NCBI GenBank assembly: GCA_016213945.1
Contig: JACQZF010000029.1
Coordinates: forward strand, 3,981 to 67,980
Reading direction: 5' to 3'
DNA length: 64,000 nt
From: Nitrospirota bacterium
GTDB lineage: Bacteria; Nitrospirota; Thermodesulfovibrionia; UBA6902
This document shows, one piece after another, positions 10,484 to 20,936 of this stretch (positions are counted from its first letter, which is position 1; each line of letters begins with the position of its first letter). Under the pieces are notes generated by a model that was not told the DNA's origin, searched no databases, and saw nothing but the letters and a program-made list of their open reading frames with translations. The position numbers and the translations under genes were made by a program.

Positions 10484-10508
10484 GGGGTGTATCGCGATAC
10501 GCCTCTAC
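10484..10508 (-). repeat. Single REP-like palindrome with GTAG foot
   Basis: Minus strand reads GTAG-AGGCGTATCG-CGATACACCCC. Confidence 0.5.
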
Positions 10509-10528
10509 TTTCCAACCAAGGAGACAAA

Positions 10529-11125
10529 ATGAGTTTAATACCAATTGTAATAGAACAAACCGGCAGGTCTGAAAGGGCGTATGATATCTATTCAAGGCTT
10601 CTGAAAGACAGGATCGTCTTTATAGGCACTCCCATTGACGATATAGTGTCAAATACGGTCATTGCCCAGTTGCTTTTTCTTCAGACCGAAGACGCTGAAA
10701 AAGACATTCACCTTTATATAAATTCTCCCGGCGGCGTTGTTTCCTCGGGCCTCGCAATCTATGACACGATGCAATATATCAAGCCGGACATCTCAACATA
10801 CTGCATCGGGCAGGCAGCCAGTATGGGCGCGCTCCTTTTGACCGCCGGCACAAAAGGAAAAAGGTTTGTGCTGCCTAATTCCCGCGTCATGATACACCAG
10901 CCTATTGGAGGTTTCTACGGGCAGGCCACGGATGTGGAGATCCACGCAAGGGAGATCCTGAAGATGAAGGACAATCTCAATAAGATCCTCGCAAAACATA
11001 CAGGCCAGACTCTTGAAAAGATACAGGTTGACACCGAAAGGGACTATTTCATGTCCGGGCAGGAAGCCAAGGACTACGGCCTCGTTGATGAAGTGATAGA
11101 GACCCTGAAAAAGCGGGCGGAATAA
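10529..11125 (+). CDS. clpP: ATP-dependent Clp protease proteolytic subunit
   Basis: [33 protein letters not shown]; start placed at the ATG after GGAG. Confidence 0.98.
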   Translation: MSLIPIVIEQTGRSERAYDIYSRLLKDRIVFIGTPIDDIVSNTVIAQLLFLQTEDAEKDIHLYINSPGGVVSSGLAIYDTMQYIKPDISTYCIGQAASMGALLLTAGTKGKRFVLPNSRVMIHQPIGGFYGQATDVEIHAREILKMKDNLNKILAKHTGQTLEKIQVDTERDYFMSGQEAKDYGLVDEVIETLKKRAE

Positions 11126-11149
11126 TCAAGGTAATTTTGGAGATTCACT

Positions 11150-12403
11150 ATGAATGATAAAAAAACAAACAAAAACGAAAACAGTATCCTAACATGCTCT
11201 TTCTGCGGCAAGACCCAGAAGGAGGTAAGAAAGCTCATTGCCGGGCCTACAGTGTATATCTGCGATGAATGCATAAACCTCTGTAACGAAATAATGGCAG
11301 AGGAGCTCAGTTCATCCTTTGACATCAATATTACACAGAAGATCCCCACCCCGAAGGAGATAAAGCACTTTCTTAGTGATTACGTCATAGAGCAGGACCA
11401 TGCCAAGAAGATCCTGTCAGTAGCGGTGCACAATCATTACAAGAGGGTAAACAGCCCCAAGCAGGCAGATATTGAACTGCAAAAGAGCAACATCCTTCTC
11501 ATTGGCCCGACCGGAACAGGCAAGACCATTCTCGCGCAGACGCTCGCGAAATTCCTTGACGTGCCTTTTACCATTGCTGACGCCACAACGCTTACGGAAG
11601 CTGGATATGTCGGGGAAGACGTTGAGAACATTATCCTCAAGCTCATACAGGCTGCGGATTATGACGTTGAAAGGGCGCAGCGCGGCATCATCTACATTGA
11701 CGAGATCGACAAGATAAGCCGTAAGACCGAGAACGTTTCAATAACGAGAGATGTCTCAGGCGAAGGTGTTCAGCAGGCGCTTCTGAAAATCATAGAAGGC
11801 ACCATTGCGAATGTCCCGCCCCAGGGCGGCAGGAAACACCCGCAGCAGGAATACATCCCGGTCAACACGGCCAACATACTCTTTATCTGCGGAGGCGCGT
11901 TTATCGGCCTTGAAAAAATCATAGAGGACAGAATGGGCAAGAAGGTTGTCGGCTTCGGCTCAGAGCCGAAGGTGCACGGCAAAAAAATAGATGAGTCGCT
12001 CAAGCATGTGCAGCCCCAGGACCTGATCAAGTACGGGCTTATCCCTGAATTCGTGGGCAGGCTCCCTGTTGTTGCAACACTGGAAGAGCTGAGCGAATCA
12101 GCGCTTGTTAGAATCCTCACGGAACCAAAGAATGCGATCATAAAACAGTACCAGAGGCTTCTCTCTTTTGATAATGTTAAGCTGAAATTCACAGACACTG
12201 CGCTTGCGGCCATCGCAAAAGAGGCCATCAGGCGCAAGACCGGCGCGCGCGGCTTGAGGGCGATCCTCGAAGACATCATGCTTGATGTCATGTACGAGAT
12301 GCCGTCACAGAGCGAAGTCAGGGAATGTCTGATAACGGAAGAAGTGGTCACCAAGAGGGAAAAGCCTATCCTCGGTTATAAAGAACACGCAGAGTCCGCG
12401 TAG
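11150..12403 (+). CDS. clpX: Clp protease ATP-binding subunit ClpX
   Basis: CSFCGK..CDEC zinc domain, [31 protein letters not shown]. Confidence 0.98.
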   Translation: MNDKKTNKNENSILTCSFCGKTQKEVRKLIAGPTVYICDECINLCNEIMAEELSSSFDINITQKIPTPKEIKHFLSDYVIEQDHAKKILSVAVHNHYKRVNSPKQADIELQKSNILLIGPTGTGKTILAQTLAKFLDVPFTIADATTLTEAGYVGEDVENIILKLIQAADYDVERAQRGIIYIDEIDKISRKTENVSITRDVSGEGVQQALLKIIEGTIANVPPQGGRKHPQQEYIPVNTANILFICGGAFIGLEKIIEDRMGKKVVGFGSEPKVHGKKIDESLKHVQPQDLIKYGLIPEFVGRLPVVATLEELSESALVRILTEPKNAIIKQYQRLLSFDNVKLKFTDTALAAIAKEAIRRKTGARGLRAILEDIMLDVMYEMPSQSEVRECLITEEVVTKREKPILGYKEHAESA

Positions 12404-12419
12404 TGTATCAGAAAAAAAC

Positions 12420-13346
12420 GTGATGGGAAAGAAGACCTATCTTGTCACAGATACAAAGGCGGAAAGACTTGATGCGTATATTTCTTCACAGAGCGGCCTC
12501 ACGCGCTCGCACGTTCAAAAGCTCATAAAAGAAGGCCATGTCCTCGTTAATTCATCTTCGGCAAAAGCCGGTCATAAAGCAAAAATAGGTGACCGGATAG
12601 AGCTGACGCTGCCGGCCGCGCTGGAAGGGTTACTCATTCCTGAAGACATACCCTTAGACGTCATCTACGACGACGAATATATGATTGTCATAAACAAACC
12701 TCCCGGCATGGTAATGTATCCGGGCCTGGGCCATGACAGCGGAACACTTATGAATGCCGTCGCCTCAATATCAGGTAAGCTCTCCTCGGTCGGAGCGCCT
12801 CTGCGGCCGGGCGTTGTACACCGCCTGGACCAGGACACCTCAGGGCTGATAGTCATAGCCAAAGACGACACAGCCCATCATGAACTTGTAAAACAATTCA
12901 GGGAGCGCGAGGTTGAAAAGCATTACCTGACCCTCCTGTATGGAAATTTAAAAGCCGACAGCGGCGAAATAAAGACCCTCATCGGCAGGTCCGCGTCAAG
13001 CAGGAAGAAGATGTCGGCGAAACCCAGAAGCGGCAAGGAGGCCGTTACCCGGTACGAAGTGGTTAAGAGGTTTAAATTCGCCACGCTGACAAAAGTCAGG
13101 ATCATCACCGGAAGGACCCACCAGATTAGGGTCCATTTCGCATCAATCGGGTTCCCTGTGTTAGGCGATAAAACGTACGGCAAGAAAACCGCGATCCAGT
13201 TCGCGCAAAAAACTATCAGCTTCCCGCGCCAGATGCTTCACGCATATAGTTTAAAGCTCAAACATCCTGTCAGCGGAGAGGCCATGGAATTCACCGCCCC
13301 GATGCCGGAAGATATAAAAAAAGCGATGGAGGAGTTTGAGGGATAA
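12420..13346 (+). CDS. rluD: RluA/RluD family pseudouridine synthase with S4 domain
   Basis: RLDAY, NKPPGM, VVHRLDQDTSG, TGRTHQIRVH, RQMLHA. Confidence 0.9.
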   Translation: MMGKKTYLVTDTKAERLDAYISSQSGLTRSHVQKLIKEGHVLVNSSSAKAGHKAKIGDRIELTLPAALEGLLIPEDIPLDVIYDDEYMIVINKPPGMVMYPGLGHDSGTLMNAVASISGKLSSVGAPLRPGVVHRLDQDTSGLIVIAKDDTAHHELVKQFREREVEKHYLTLLYGNLKADSGEIKTLIGRSASSRKKMSAKPRSGKEAVTRYEVVKRFKFATLTKVRIITGRTHQIRVHFASIGFPVLGDKTYGKKTAIQFAQKTISFPRQMLHAYSLKLKHPVSGEAMEFTAPMPEDIKKAMEEFEG

Positions 13347-13355
13347 TTCTCCTGC

Positions 13356-13384
13356 TTGACAAATGCTTTTAGAGTATATACTAT
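13356..13384 (+). promoter_or_regulatory. Sigma70-type promoter of the TA operon with an overlapping palindrome
   Basis: TTGACA (13356-13361), 17 bp, TACTAT (13379-13384); palindrome AGTATATACT at 13373-13382. Confidence 0.65.
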
Positions 13385-13409
13385 GGGTAGTACCAGAGGA
13401 GGTAAAATC

Positions 13410-13649
13410 ATGTCTAAGACACTTTCGTTAAAACTTAAAGATGAAGTTTTTAATGAGACGGAAGACATTCTCGAAAAAATACATAAACCGAGGAATTCAT
13501 ATATTAATGAAGCAGTAAGTTTCTACAACAAATTTATTAAAAGAAACTTACTTAGGAAACGTTTAAAAAAAGAATCCCGTGTGGTGTCCGCATCTTCTCT
13601 TGCAGTTTTACATGAACTGGAACTTTTAGAAGATGAGATACCCGAGTGA
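13410..13649 (+). CDS. Putative type II antitoxin (RHH-like)
   Basis: GGAGG RBS; KTLSLKL..RNSYINEAV RHH-like N-terminus; acidic tail; GTGA overlap with the toxin. Confidence 0.75.
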   Translation: MSKTLSLKLKDEVFNETEDILEKIHKPRNSYINEAVSFYNKFIKRNLLRKRLKKESRVVSASSLAVLHELELLEDEIPE

Positions 13650-13987
13650 CCATCCGTAAATTCCATGTTTATACGGCAGACTTGAATCCGGGAATAGGCA
13701 CAGAGCCGGGCAAGATAAGACCTGTTGTTGTTGTTCAGACTAACCTGTTAAATGATGACCATCCCAGCACCATCATTTGTCCCGTTACAACCCGGACCCA
13801 GCCTAAAAGCAATATCTTACGGGTCCATTTGAAGGGATTTGAATCCGGCTTAAAAAAAGAGTCCGACATCCTCGTCGATCAGATCAGGGCAATCGACAAT
13901 AGAAGGTTCAAGGAGCACATTGGCGAGCTTTCGACTGACAATAAAAAGATACTGCTAAAGAATTTAAGAATTATTATTCTGGAGTAA
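13646..13987 (+). CDS. MazF/PemK family toxin
   Basis: ADLNP..GTEPGKIRPVVVVQ, IICPVTT, DQIRAIDNRR. Confidence 0.92.
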   Translation: MTIRKFHVYTADLNPGIGTEPGKIRPVVVVQTNLLNDDHPSTIICPVTTRTQPKSNILRVHLKGFESGLKKESDILVDQIRAIDNRRFKEHIGELSTDNKKILLKNLRIIILE

Positions 13988-14014
13988 ATTCATATCTGCC
14001 GGAAAGGGGACAAC

Positions 14015-14302
14015 ATGCTTAATAATATCTTCTGCAAAAACCTTCTTTTCATTTCCTTCATCATCGTAATATTAATAATTCCAGTTCTTGTCTTTGCTGA
14101 CGCAGACAAGATTTTCAAGAAAAACAGCAAGGCGGTTGTGGTTGTTGTGACGCTTAATGAGAAGGGCGAGCCGATAAGTCAGGGCAGCGGGTTTATCGTA
14201 AGAGCAGACGGAGCAGTGGTAACGAACTATCATGTCATCAGCAATGCAAAGGATATCAAGGTTAAGACAGGGGATAAGGTTTTAGATGTTCCCACATCAT
14301 GA
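14015..14302 (+). pseudogene. Truncated trypsin-like (S1C) serine protease
   Basis: Signal peptide, QGSGFIV, VTNYHVI (catalytic His); ORF stops before the catalytic Asp/Ser motifs. Confidence 0.75.
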
Positions 14303-14525
14303 CCCGGAAGGACTTAAGGAAAAAGCAAGACCCGCGCTTGCAACCCATTGGGATGATTTAACAAGTCGAAATAAATTCATCGTTATTCAAAAAAGAATAG
14401 AAGATACGTCTTGGACGGTCGTGGGTTCTTGGGGGTTCAGATTCGTTATATATGAGAAATGCCTTAAGATATTTCTCTATGCACTGCTGACAATGGAAAC
14501 AGATAGAGTTGGGAAGTTTCTCATT

Positions 14526-16778
14526 TCAAGCAGGCTGTTCGCTGCCGCTCGGCTGAAGCTCTTCCTTATACCCGCATTCTTTTTTAAGGCACGCGAGGAC
14601 TTGTTCTTTCTTGGTCTTTTTCTCTATTAAAATGCCCGCGCCGCATTTGGGGCACTGCTTATTCACCGGCTTATACCATGTCGCAAATTTGCATTTTGGA
14701 TAATTACCGCAGCTGAAAAACACCTTGCCCTTTTTCGTCCTTTTCTCGACGATCTCTCCACCGTCTTCAGGGCACTTGACGCCGATACTCAGGGCCTTTG
14801 TTGTCTTGCACTCGGGATATTTGCTGCATGAAATAAATTTCCCGAACCTGCCTGTCCTGAGCACCATCGGTGAGCCGCATTTCTCGCATTTCTCATCCAG
14901 TTCCTGCAGCACGGCATTTTGCGCTGCATTGCCGGCTCCTTCCTGTTCAAGGGGTTTTGTGGTTTTGCATTCTGGATATCCAGTGCACGCGATGAACCTG
15001 CCGTGCCTGCCCCACTTGATGACCATCGGCTTGCCGCATTTTTCACAGACCTGGTCCGTTGGAATGTCCTGGGGCTTTACCTTGCCGATGATTGCCATTG
15101 CCTCTGCGAGGTCCTTGTCAAAAGGCTTGTAAAAATCATTCACGACATCAATCCACTTGAAGCCGCCTTCTTCTATTTTGTCGAGATTGTCCTCCATGTT
15201 CGCGGTAAAGTTATAGTCCATGATATCAGCGAACCTTTCAACAAGCAGGTCGCTTACAACAACGCCGAGCTCTGTCGGCTTGAATTTGCCTTCGGCCTTT
15301 TCCGCGTATTTCCTGTCCTGTATCGTTGAAAGTATGGAGGCGTATGTGCTCGGCCTTCCGATGCCCTTGGCCTCAAGCTCTTTTACAAGCGAAGCCTCAG
15401 TGTATCTTGGAGGAGGCTGGGTGAAATGCTGTTTCGGGGTAATGCCGAGAGACTTCAGTACCTCATTCTCTGATAATGAAGGCAGAAGCCCTTCTTCTTC
15501 TTTTCCGTTATCGGTGCTTTCAATATACAGCGTCATAAATCCGGGGAATGTAACGACTGTGCCTGATGCGCGGAAGGTGTATTTGTCAGCGCCTATATCA
15601 ATTGAGGTCTGCTCAAGCTGCGCTGATTCCATCTGGCTCGCGACAAAGCGTTCCCAGATGAGCTTATAGAGTTTGTACTGGTCCGCCTCAAGAAATTTCT
15701 TTACGGCGGCAGGCGTCCTGTAAGCAGACGTAGGCCTGATCGCCTCGTGCGCCTCCTGCGCTGATTTCTTGCTTTTGTAAACAGGCGGTTTTGGCGGAGC
15801 ATAATCCTTGCCGTATTCTTTGATGATGAATTCCCTTGCCTCATGCTGCGCCTCGGATGCCGTCCGGACAGAATCAGTTCTCATATAGGTTATAAGGCCG
15901 GTTGGACCTTCTTCGCCGAGTTCAACGCCCTCGTAGAGTTTCTGCGCCAACATCATGGTTTTTTTTGCTGTGTATCTGAGCTTCCTCGCGGCATCCTGCT
16001 GAAGTGTGCTTGTGATAAAAGGCGGTGAGGGTGAGCGTTTCCTCTTCTTCTTTTCAATCCTGGCGACGATAAAACTCTTGCCCTGCAGATCTTCAACTAT
16101 GCCCCGCGCCTGCTCTTCATTTTTAATATCAGCCTTCTGACCGGCGACCTGAAAAAGTCTCGCCTCAAACTGCGGCGGCAGTTTGCCTTCCAGGGCCGCG
16201 GTGATGCTCCAGTATTCTTCTGATTTGAAGGCCTCTATCTCGCGCTCCCGGTCAACTACGAGCCGGACCGCAACAGACTGCACCCTTCCGGCGCTGAGAC
16301 CGCGCCGCACCTTGCGCCACAGAAGCGGCGAGAGTTTGTACCCGACGAGCCTGTCAAGGACCCTTCGCGCCTGCTGGGCGTCAAAAAGATTCGAATTGAT
16401 TTTCCTCGGATGCTTGATGGCCTCTGTCACGGCCTTTTCCGTTATCTCATTAAATTCCACCCTGAATACTTTTGCGGAATCGCCGTTCAACTCTTCGGCA
16501 ATGTGCCACGCGATCGCTTCCCCTTCTCTGTCAGGGTCGGGACCGAGAAACACCTGATCAGCCGCCTTCGCCGCCTTCTTCAGGTCCTTCATTACCTTCT
16601 CTTTCCCCTCAATCACAACATATGTGGGGGCGAAGTTATTTTCAACATCAACGCCGATGTCTTTTTTGGGAAGGTCTTTGACGTGGCCGATTGACGCCTT
16701 GATGGTAAAATCCTTGCCAAGAAATTTACTGAGCGTCTTTACCTTGGCCGGAGACTCAACGATTAAAAGTGATTTCAT
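14526..16778 (-). CDS. topA: DNA topoisomerase I with C-terminal zinc ribbons
   Basis: IVESPAK, DPDREGE, SAGRVQS, ITYMRTDS, repeated CxxC zinc ribbons. Confidence 0.98.
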   Translation of the reverse strand: MKSLLIVESPAKVKTLSKFLGKDFTIKASIGHVKDLPKKDIGVDVENNFAPTYVVIEGKEKVMKDLKKAAKAADQVFLGPDPDREGEAIAWHIAEELNGDSAKVFRVEFNEITEKAVTEAIKHPRKINSNLFDAQQARRVLDRLVGYKLSPLLWRKVRRGLSAGRVQSVAVRLVVDREREIEAFKSEEYWSITAALEGKLPPQFEARLFQVAGQKADIKNEEQARGIVEDLQGKSFIVARIEKKKRKRSPSPPFITSTLQQDAARKLRYTAKKTMMLAQKLYEGVELGEEGPTGLITYMRTDSVRTASEAQHEAREFIIKEYGKDYAPPKPPVYKSKKSAQEAHEAIRPTSAYRTPAAVKKFLEADQYKLYKLIWERFVASQMESAQLEQTSIDIGADKYTFRASGTVVTFPGFMTLYIESTDNGKEEEGLLPSLSENEVLKSLGITPKQHFTQPPPRYTEASLVKELEAKGIGRPSTYASILSTIQDRKYAEKAEGKFKPTELGVVVSDLLVERFADIMDYNFTANMEDNLDKIEEGGFKWIDVVNDFYKPFDKDLAEAMAIIGKVKPQDIPTDQVCEKCGKPMVIKWGRHGRFIACTGYPECKTTKPLEQEGAGNAAQNAVLQELDEKCEKCGSPMVLRTGRFGKFISCSKYPECKTTKALSIGVKCPEDGGEIVEKRTKKGKVFFSCGNYPKCKFATWYKPVNKQCPKCGAGILIEKKTKKEQVLACLKKECGYKEELQPSGSEQPA

Positions 16779-16896
16779 CTGATAATACCTCTTGCATTAA
16801 AAATACTGTCCGCTAATCGCGATGCTTATGCCGGTTATCTAATCGGCAGTTAAAGGGAAACCTTTACATTGGTTTAATTGTTATTAATCCGGAAAA

Positions 16897-16965
16897 TGTC
16901 ATTCCGGCTTGTCGAGAATCTATCTAAATACTCATTCCCGACGCGCTTCGCTTGCGGGAATGACA
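16897..16965. repeat. Repeat family A, copy 2 (variant right arm)
   Basis: tgtcattccggcttgtcgagaatc...attcccgacgcgcttcgcttgcgggaatgaca. Confidence 0.85.
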
Positions 16966-16970
16966 GAAAC

Positions 16971-18068
16971 CTAATTCAGGGAAAAGTTCTTTCCCTGTGA
17001 CTGCCTTACAACTCCTTTTAGTTCAAGACTCAAAAGTATTGACAGGGCCTTGCTCGTGGGCATATTTATATCTCTGATAATAGAATCTACATGCTTCGGC
17101 TCACTGCCCAAATAATTGTAAAGCGCCTTTTCGTCGTCGCTCATAACGGGCAGTGATTTTTCAGCGCATATTTTATCTTCTTTTAGAATACCTTTTATCA
17201 GAGGGCGGAGTTCCTCCAGCACCTCTTCAGCGCTTTCCACGAGTTTTGCGCCCTTCTTAATAAGATCGTTTGTACCCTTTGAATTCTTTGACGTGATGTT
17301 CCCCGGGACCGCAAAGACCTCCCTGCCCTGCTCAAGTGCATAGGCTACTGTAATGAGAGAACCGCTGTCAAGTGCGGCTTCTACAACAATGACTCCAAGC
17401 GATAATGCGCTGATGATCCTGTTCCTCCTTGGAAAATTCTCCCTGTTTGGCAAAGTGCCGAAAGGAAACTCACTGATAACGGCCCCGGACGAGGCTATCT
17501 CATCAACGAGTTTTCTGTTCTCCGGCGGATAAGGGACGTCAATGCCCGAGCCTAACACGGCAATCGTCCTGCCGCCCGCCTTCAATGCGCTTTTATGAGA
17601 AACGCTGTCTATTCCTCTTGCCATACCGCTTACCACAGTCAATCCTGACGCAGACAGTTTATAACTCATTTTTTCTGCCGTCTGCATACCGTAATTGGTT
17701 GAAGTCCTCGAACCTACCATTGCTATAGCATACTTGTCAGAGTCTTTCAACCCGCCCCTGACATAAAGCACAGCAGGGGCGCCGTGGATGCGTTTCAATA
17801 TTTCGGGGTATGACTTATCGTTGCGGGTAATAAGATGCACATTATTTTTTTCCGCCTTCTCGATTTCCTTCTGCACCTTCTGCCACTGATTAAAAGCGGC
17901 AATATTCCTCGCCCTGTTCTCGCCGATGTCCTCAACCTGCCTTAATTCCCTGACAGACATCTGAAAGATATTTTCAGGGCTGCCGAATGCAGCCAGCAAC
18001 CGTCCCGCGGAAACAGGGCCGATGTCGGGAACGAAATTCAGGGCAAGCCAGTATTTCAGGTCAGACAT
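16971..18068 (-). CDS. dprA: DNA-processing protein DprA
   Basis: AMVGSR, VSGMARGID, FPRRNRIIS, SGSLIT, VFAVPG; upstream of topA. Confidence 0.96.
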   Translation of the reverse strand: MSDLKYWLALNFVPDIGPVSAGRLLAAFGSPENIFQMSVRELRQVEDIGENRARNIAAFNQWQKVQKEIEKAEKNNVHLITRNDKSYPEILKRIHGAPAVLYVRGGLKDSDKYAIAMVGSRTSTNYGMQTAEKMSYKLSASGLTVVSGMARGIDSVSHKSALKAGGRTIAVLGSGIDVPYPPENRKLVDEIASSGAVISEFPFGTLPNRENFPRRNRIISALSLGVIVVEAALDSGSLITVAYALEQGREVFAVPGNITSKNSKGTNDLIKKGAKLVESAEEVLEELRPLIKGILKEDKICAEKSLPVMSDDEKALYNYLGSEPKHVDSIIRDINMPTSKALSILLSLELKGVVRQSQGKNFSLN

Positions 18069-18117
18069 AATTTATATAATGCAAAATGAGAAAGGAAAAA
18101 TGCAAAATCAGGATCTT

Positions 18118-19317
18118 TTATTTTCCGCTCCGCAGCTTCCGCATTTTCAGGCGCAACGCATTGAGTTTTATAAATCCCTCCGCGTCCTTCTGATTGTAAA
18201 CAGTCTCGGCCTCGAATGTCGCAAGCTGAGGATTGTACAAAGACCTTGGGGATTTTCTGCCGGCCACAATGCAATTGCCTTTATAAAGCTTTAAACGCAC
18301 AGTCCCTGTCGCGCCTTTCTGGGCCTCGTCAATAAGGCTCTGCAGTGCCAGCCTTTCAGGAGAGAACCAGAAACCGTAATAGATCATCTCCGCGTATTTT
18401 GGCATCAGGGAATCTTTCAGATGCATGACCTCCCTGTCGAGTGTGATTGATTCAATCGCGCGATGGGCGATCTGGAGCGCTGTCCCGCCCGGTGTCTCGT
18501 ACACGCCCCTGGATTTTATACCGACAAACCTGTTTTCAACCATGTCCAGCCTGCCGATGCCGTGTCTTCCAGCGATGTCGTTGAGTTTTTTCAGGAGGTT
18601 TGCGGGCGAGAGTTTTTTCCCGTCAACGGAGACAGGGTTGCCATCCGCGTAACCGATCTCGATGTACCGGGGCTTTGCCGGGGCTTTCTCAGGAGACACG
18701 CTCATTGTAAACATGTCAGCGGGAGGCTCAGCCCACGGGTCTTCCAAAATTCCTCCTTCATAACTTATGTGAAAGAGGTTCATGTCAGAGCTGTATGGTT
18801 TCTTTTTCGTAACGGGGACAGGGATGCCGTTCTTCTTCGCATAGTTTATCAATGATTCCCGTGAATCGAATTTCCATTCCCTCCACGGGGCGATGACCTT
18901 TATATCAGGTTTTAACGCATAGTACGTCAATTCAAAACGCACCTGGTCATTGCCTTTGCCTGTTGCGCCGTGGGCAACCGCGTCCGCCTTTTCCTTTTTC
19001 GCTATTTCTATCTGCTTCTTAGCAATCAGAGGACGCGCTATTGACGTGCCCATAAGATAAGCGCCTTCGTACACGGCATTTGCCCTCAGCATCGGGAACA
19101 CATATTCCTTAACGAACTCTTCTCTCAAATCCACAACATAAGCCTTTGAGGCGCCTGTCTTCAGGGCCTTACTTTTTACTGCCTTAAGATCTTCACCCTG
19201 TCCGAGGTCTGCGCAGAAGGCGATAACCTCGCAATTGTAGGTCTCCTTCAGCCATTTGATAATTACAGATGTATCAAGCCCGCCGGAATATGCGAGCACT
19301 ACTTTTTTTATCTTCAT
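18118..19317 (-). CDS. argG: Argininosuccinate synthase
   Basis: [34 protein letters not shown]. Confidence 0.98.
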   Translation of the reverse strand: MKIKKVVLAYSGGLDTSVIIKWLKETYNCEVIAFCADLGQGEDLKAVKSKALKTGASKAYVVDLREEFVKEYVFPMLRANAVYEGAYLMGTSIARPLIAKKQIEIAKKEKADAVAHGATGKGNDQVRFELTYYALKPDIKVIAPWREWKFDSRESLINYAKKNGIPVPVTKKKPYSSDMNLFHISYEGGILEDPWAEPPADMFTMSVSPEKAPAKPRYIEIGYADGNPVSVDGKKLSPANLLKKLNDIAGRHGIGRLDMVENRFVGIKSRGVYETPGGTALQIAHRAIESITLDREVMHLKDSLMPKYAEMIYYGFWFSPERLALQSLIDEAQKGATGTVRLKLYKGNCIVAGRKSPRSLYNPQLATFEAETVYNQKDAEGFIKLNALRLKMRKLRSGK

Positions 19318-19389
19318 TTGCTTTCTCCTGAAATTGTTTTTTGATGAAACATTATACCTCAACATAGGTTGAAATGTTAAAATCTATTC

Positions 19390-19617
19390 ATGAGAAAAAA
19401 CGCCTCTTTCATCGCGATCTTCTTTTTCGTAGCAGTCCTTCTGTATATGCTCTCAAGAAAGGAATTCTCGCCCATCCCTGCCGACGAAAAACACGTCAAC
19501 GTAACTGTCAAGGAAAGATGCCTCGATTGTCATGCAAAGGACAAAGAGTCGCCCCTGAAAAAAGAACACCCTCCAAAAGACCAGTGCTTTGAATGCCATA
19601 AAAGAGCGAAAAAATAA
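19390..19617 (+). CDS. Small membrane-anchored diheme c-type cytochrome
   Basis: N-terminal hydrophobic segment; two CxxCH motifs (CLDCH, CFECH) plus extra His residues. Confidence 0.75.
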   Translation: MRKNASFIAIFFFVAVLLYMLSRKEFSPIPADEKHVNVTVKERCLDCHAKDKESPLKKEHPPKDQCFECHKRAKK

Positions 19618-19644
19618 GGGGGACAAGAAATCATCCCCCTTATT
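19613..19644. terminator. Putative intrinsic terminator hairpin
   Basis: aataaggggga/tcccccttatt inverted repeat at the cytochrome stop, between convergent genes. Confidence 0.5.
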
Positions 19645-19847
19645 AAAGTATGAAGGTATATAGCCTTCGCAGTATTTATTGGAGCTTTAATTCAGACTTG
19701 GGTGCTCCATCATCTTCACCAGGGCTTCTTTTACCCCGCCGCTGATTGCCGTTGAAACATCTGTGGTGCCGCCTAAACTGCCGGTGAGCAAATCGACGTT
19801 GTCATTGTAAGCTAACTTGGCTTCCTTCTTAATAGCGGCGGGATTAA

Positions 19848-20321
19848 TTATCTGAAGAGACCTGTTTGTTCTGCTTCTGACTGGCTGAGGGTGTGTTTTG
19901 CTTTGATAAGCCTTTTTAAATATGCTGTGACTTTGACGGAGTTTTTTGATCTGAGCGCCTTTAATAAATCGCCTTCAAGCTCTGCAACTTCAAGGCGCTT
20001 ATAATAATCAAGAGATTCTTTGAGGTGAGCCAAGACGATTTTCCCAGTCAAAATCGGGTGATTGTTCGTTACGTTTGCGTCCTTAAATCTCATACCGTGT
20101 TCTAACTCTACTTCAAGCCCTGCAAGAAAATCATGAAGGCTCAGCTTCATTCCGCCGGAATTGATTTCTCTTAAAATAATTTTAGCTTCTTTTGGCAGGA
20201 TTTTATTTTTTTTCAGGTTAGTCCAATCCCTGACTCCAAGTTCTTTGCAGACCCTTCTGACTTCATTAACTGTAATATACTCCGGGAGTTTCAAGGCAGG
20301 CACCTTCTTTCGTGTTGGCAT
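19848..20321 (-). CDS. DUF5661-like protein
   Basis: GLEVELEHG..NVTNNHPILTGKIVLAHLKE..DYY motif. Confidence 0.7.
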   Translation of the reverse strand: MPTRKKVPALKLPEYITVNEVRRVCKELGVRDWTNLKKNKILPKEAKIILREINSGGMKLSLHDFLAGLEVELEHGMRFKDANVTNNHPILTGKIVLAHLKESLDYYKRLEVAELEGDLLKALRSKNSVKVTAYLKRLIKAKHTLSQSEAEQTGLFR

Positions 20322-20641
20322 CAGGCGTAGGAATTTACGCGCATTCCCTTTTCCTGGGAAAATTGAACTGATTTGCCTTTCCTGTCATAGGTCGTGGTTG
20401 CTTCAAAAGGAACAATAAAATTGACATCCTTGCGGTGAAGACTTGAGCCCTTATCAGGAACAGCCACTAACTGATTATTAGGCGTTACATCAATGATATC
20501 TACAGGTTCTCCCTTTGCTTCTGAATAATTTTGTCTCCTGTTGTCAAAATACTGGTTATGCGTGCGAATGTCATTTATTGTATAGTTGTTAAGCTTCAGT
20601 TTGAAGAAATTAAGAAAGTTCAGATTGATTACCGTTGTCAT
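20321..20641 (-). CDS. Hypothetical protein
   Basis: 106-aa ORF with GAGG RBS, abutting the next gene; C-terminus TYDRKG...KGMRVNSYA. Confidence 0.55.
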   Translation of the reverse strand: MTTVINLNFLNFFKLKLNNYTINDIRTHNQYFDNRRQNYSEAKGEPVDIIDVTPNNQLVAVPDKGSSLHRKDVNFIVPFEATTTYDRKGKSVQFSQEKGMRVNSYA

Positions 20642-20936
20642 AAAGCCCTCTTTTCAAAATAGCCCGGCAAATCCTGAGGTTATGAGTTTGGAATTTATTA
20701 TACCAAGTCATAAGAAGAATTTAAATACATCGATCTTAACTAACACGGATAATACATTATTGACCTATTCCGATGCAGTATCTACAATATACTTTAATCA
20801 AATTACATAATAGTCGTGGTACGATTTTACATTTCAGGGAACACGCGCTTAAAATAGTTAACAACCGGTTAAATTGATACGGTCCCTTGAATCCCTTGTA
20901 TAAAGAGAAACATTCAAGAATTATCACGGTCAAAAT

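Noticed and set aside
14286-14630. 114-aa plus-strand ORF as a real gene
   Set aside because: It overlaps the topA 3' end in antisense, has no recognisable motif and no clear RBS.
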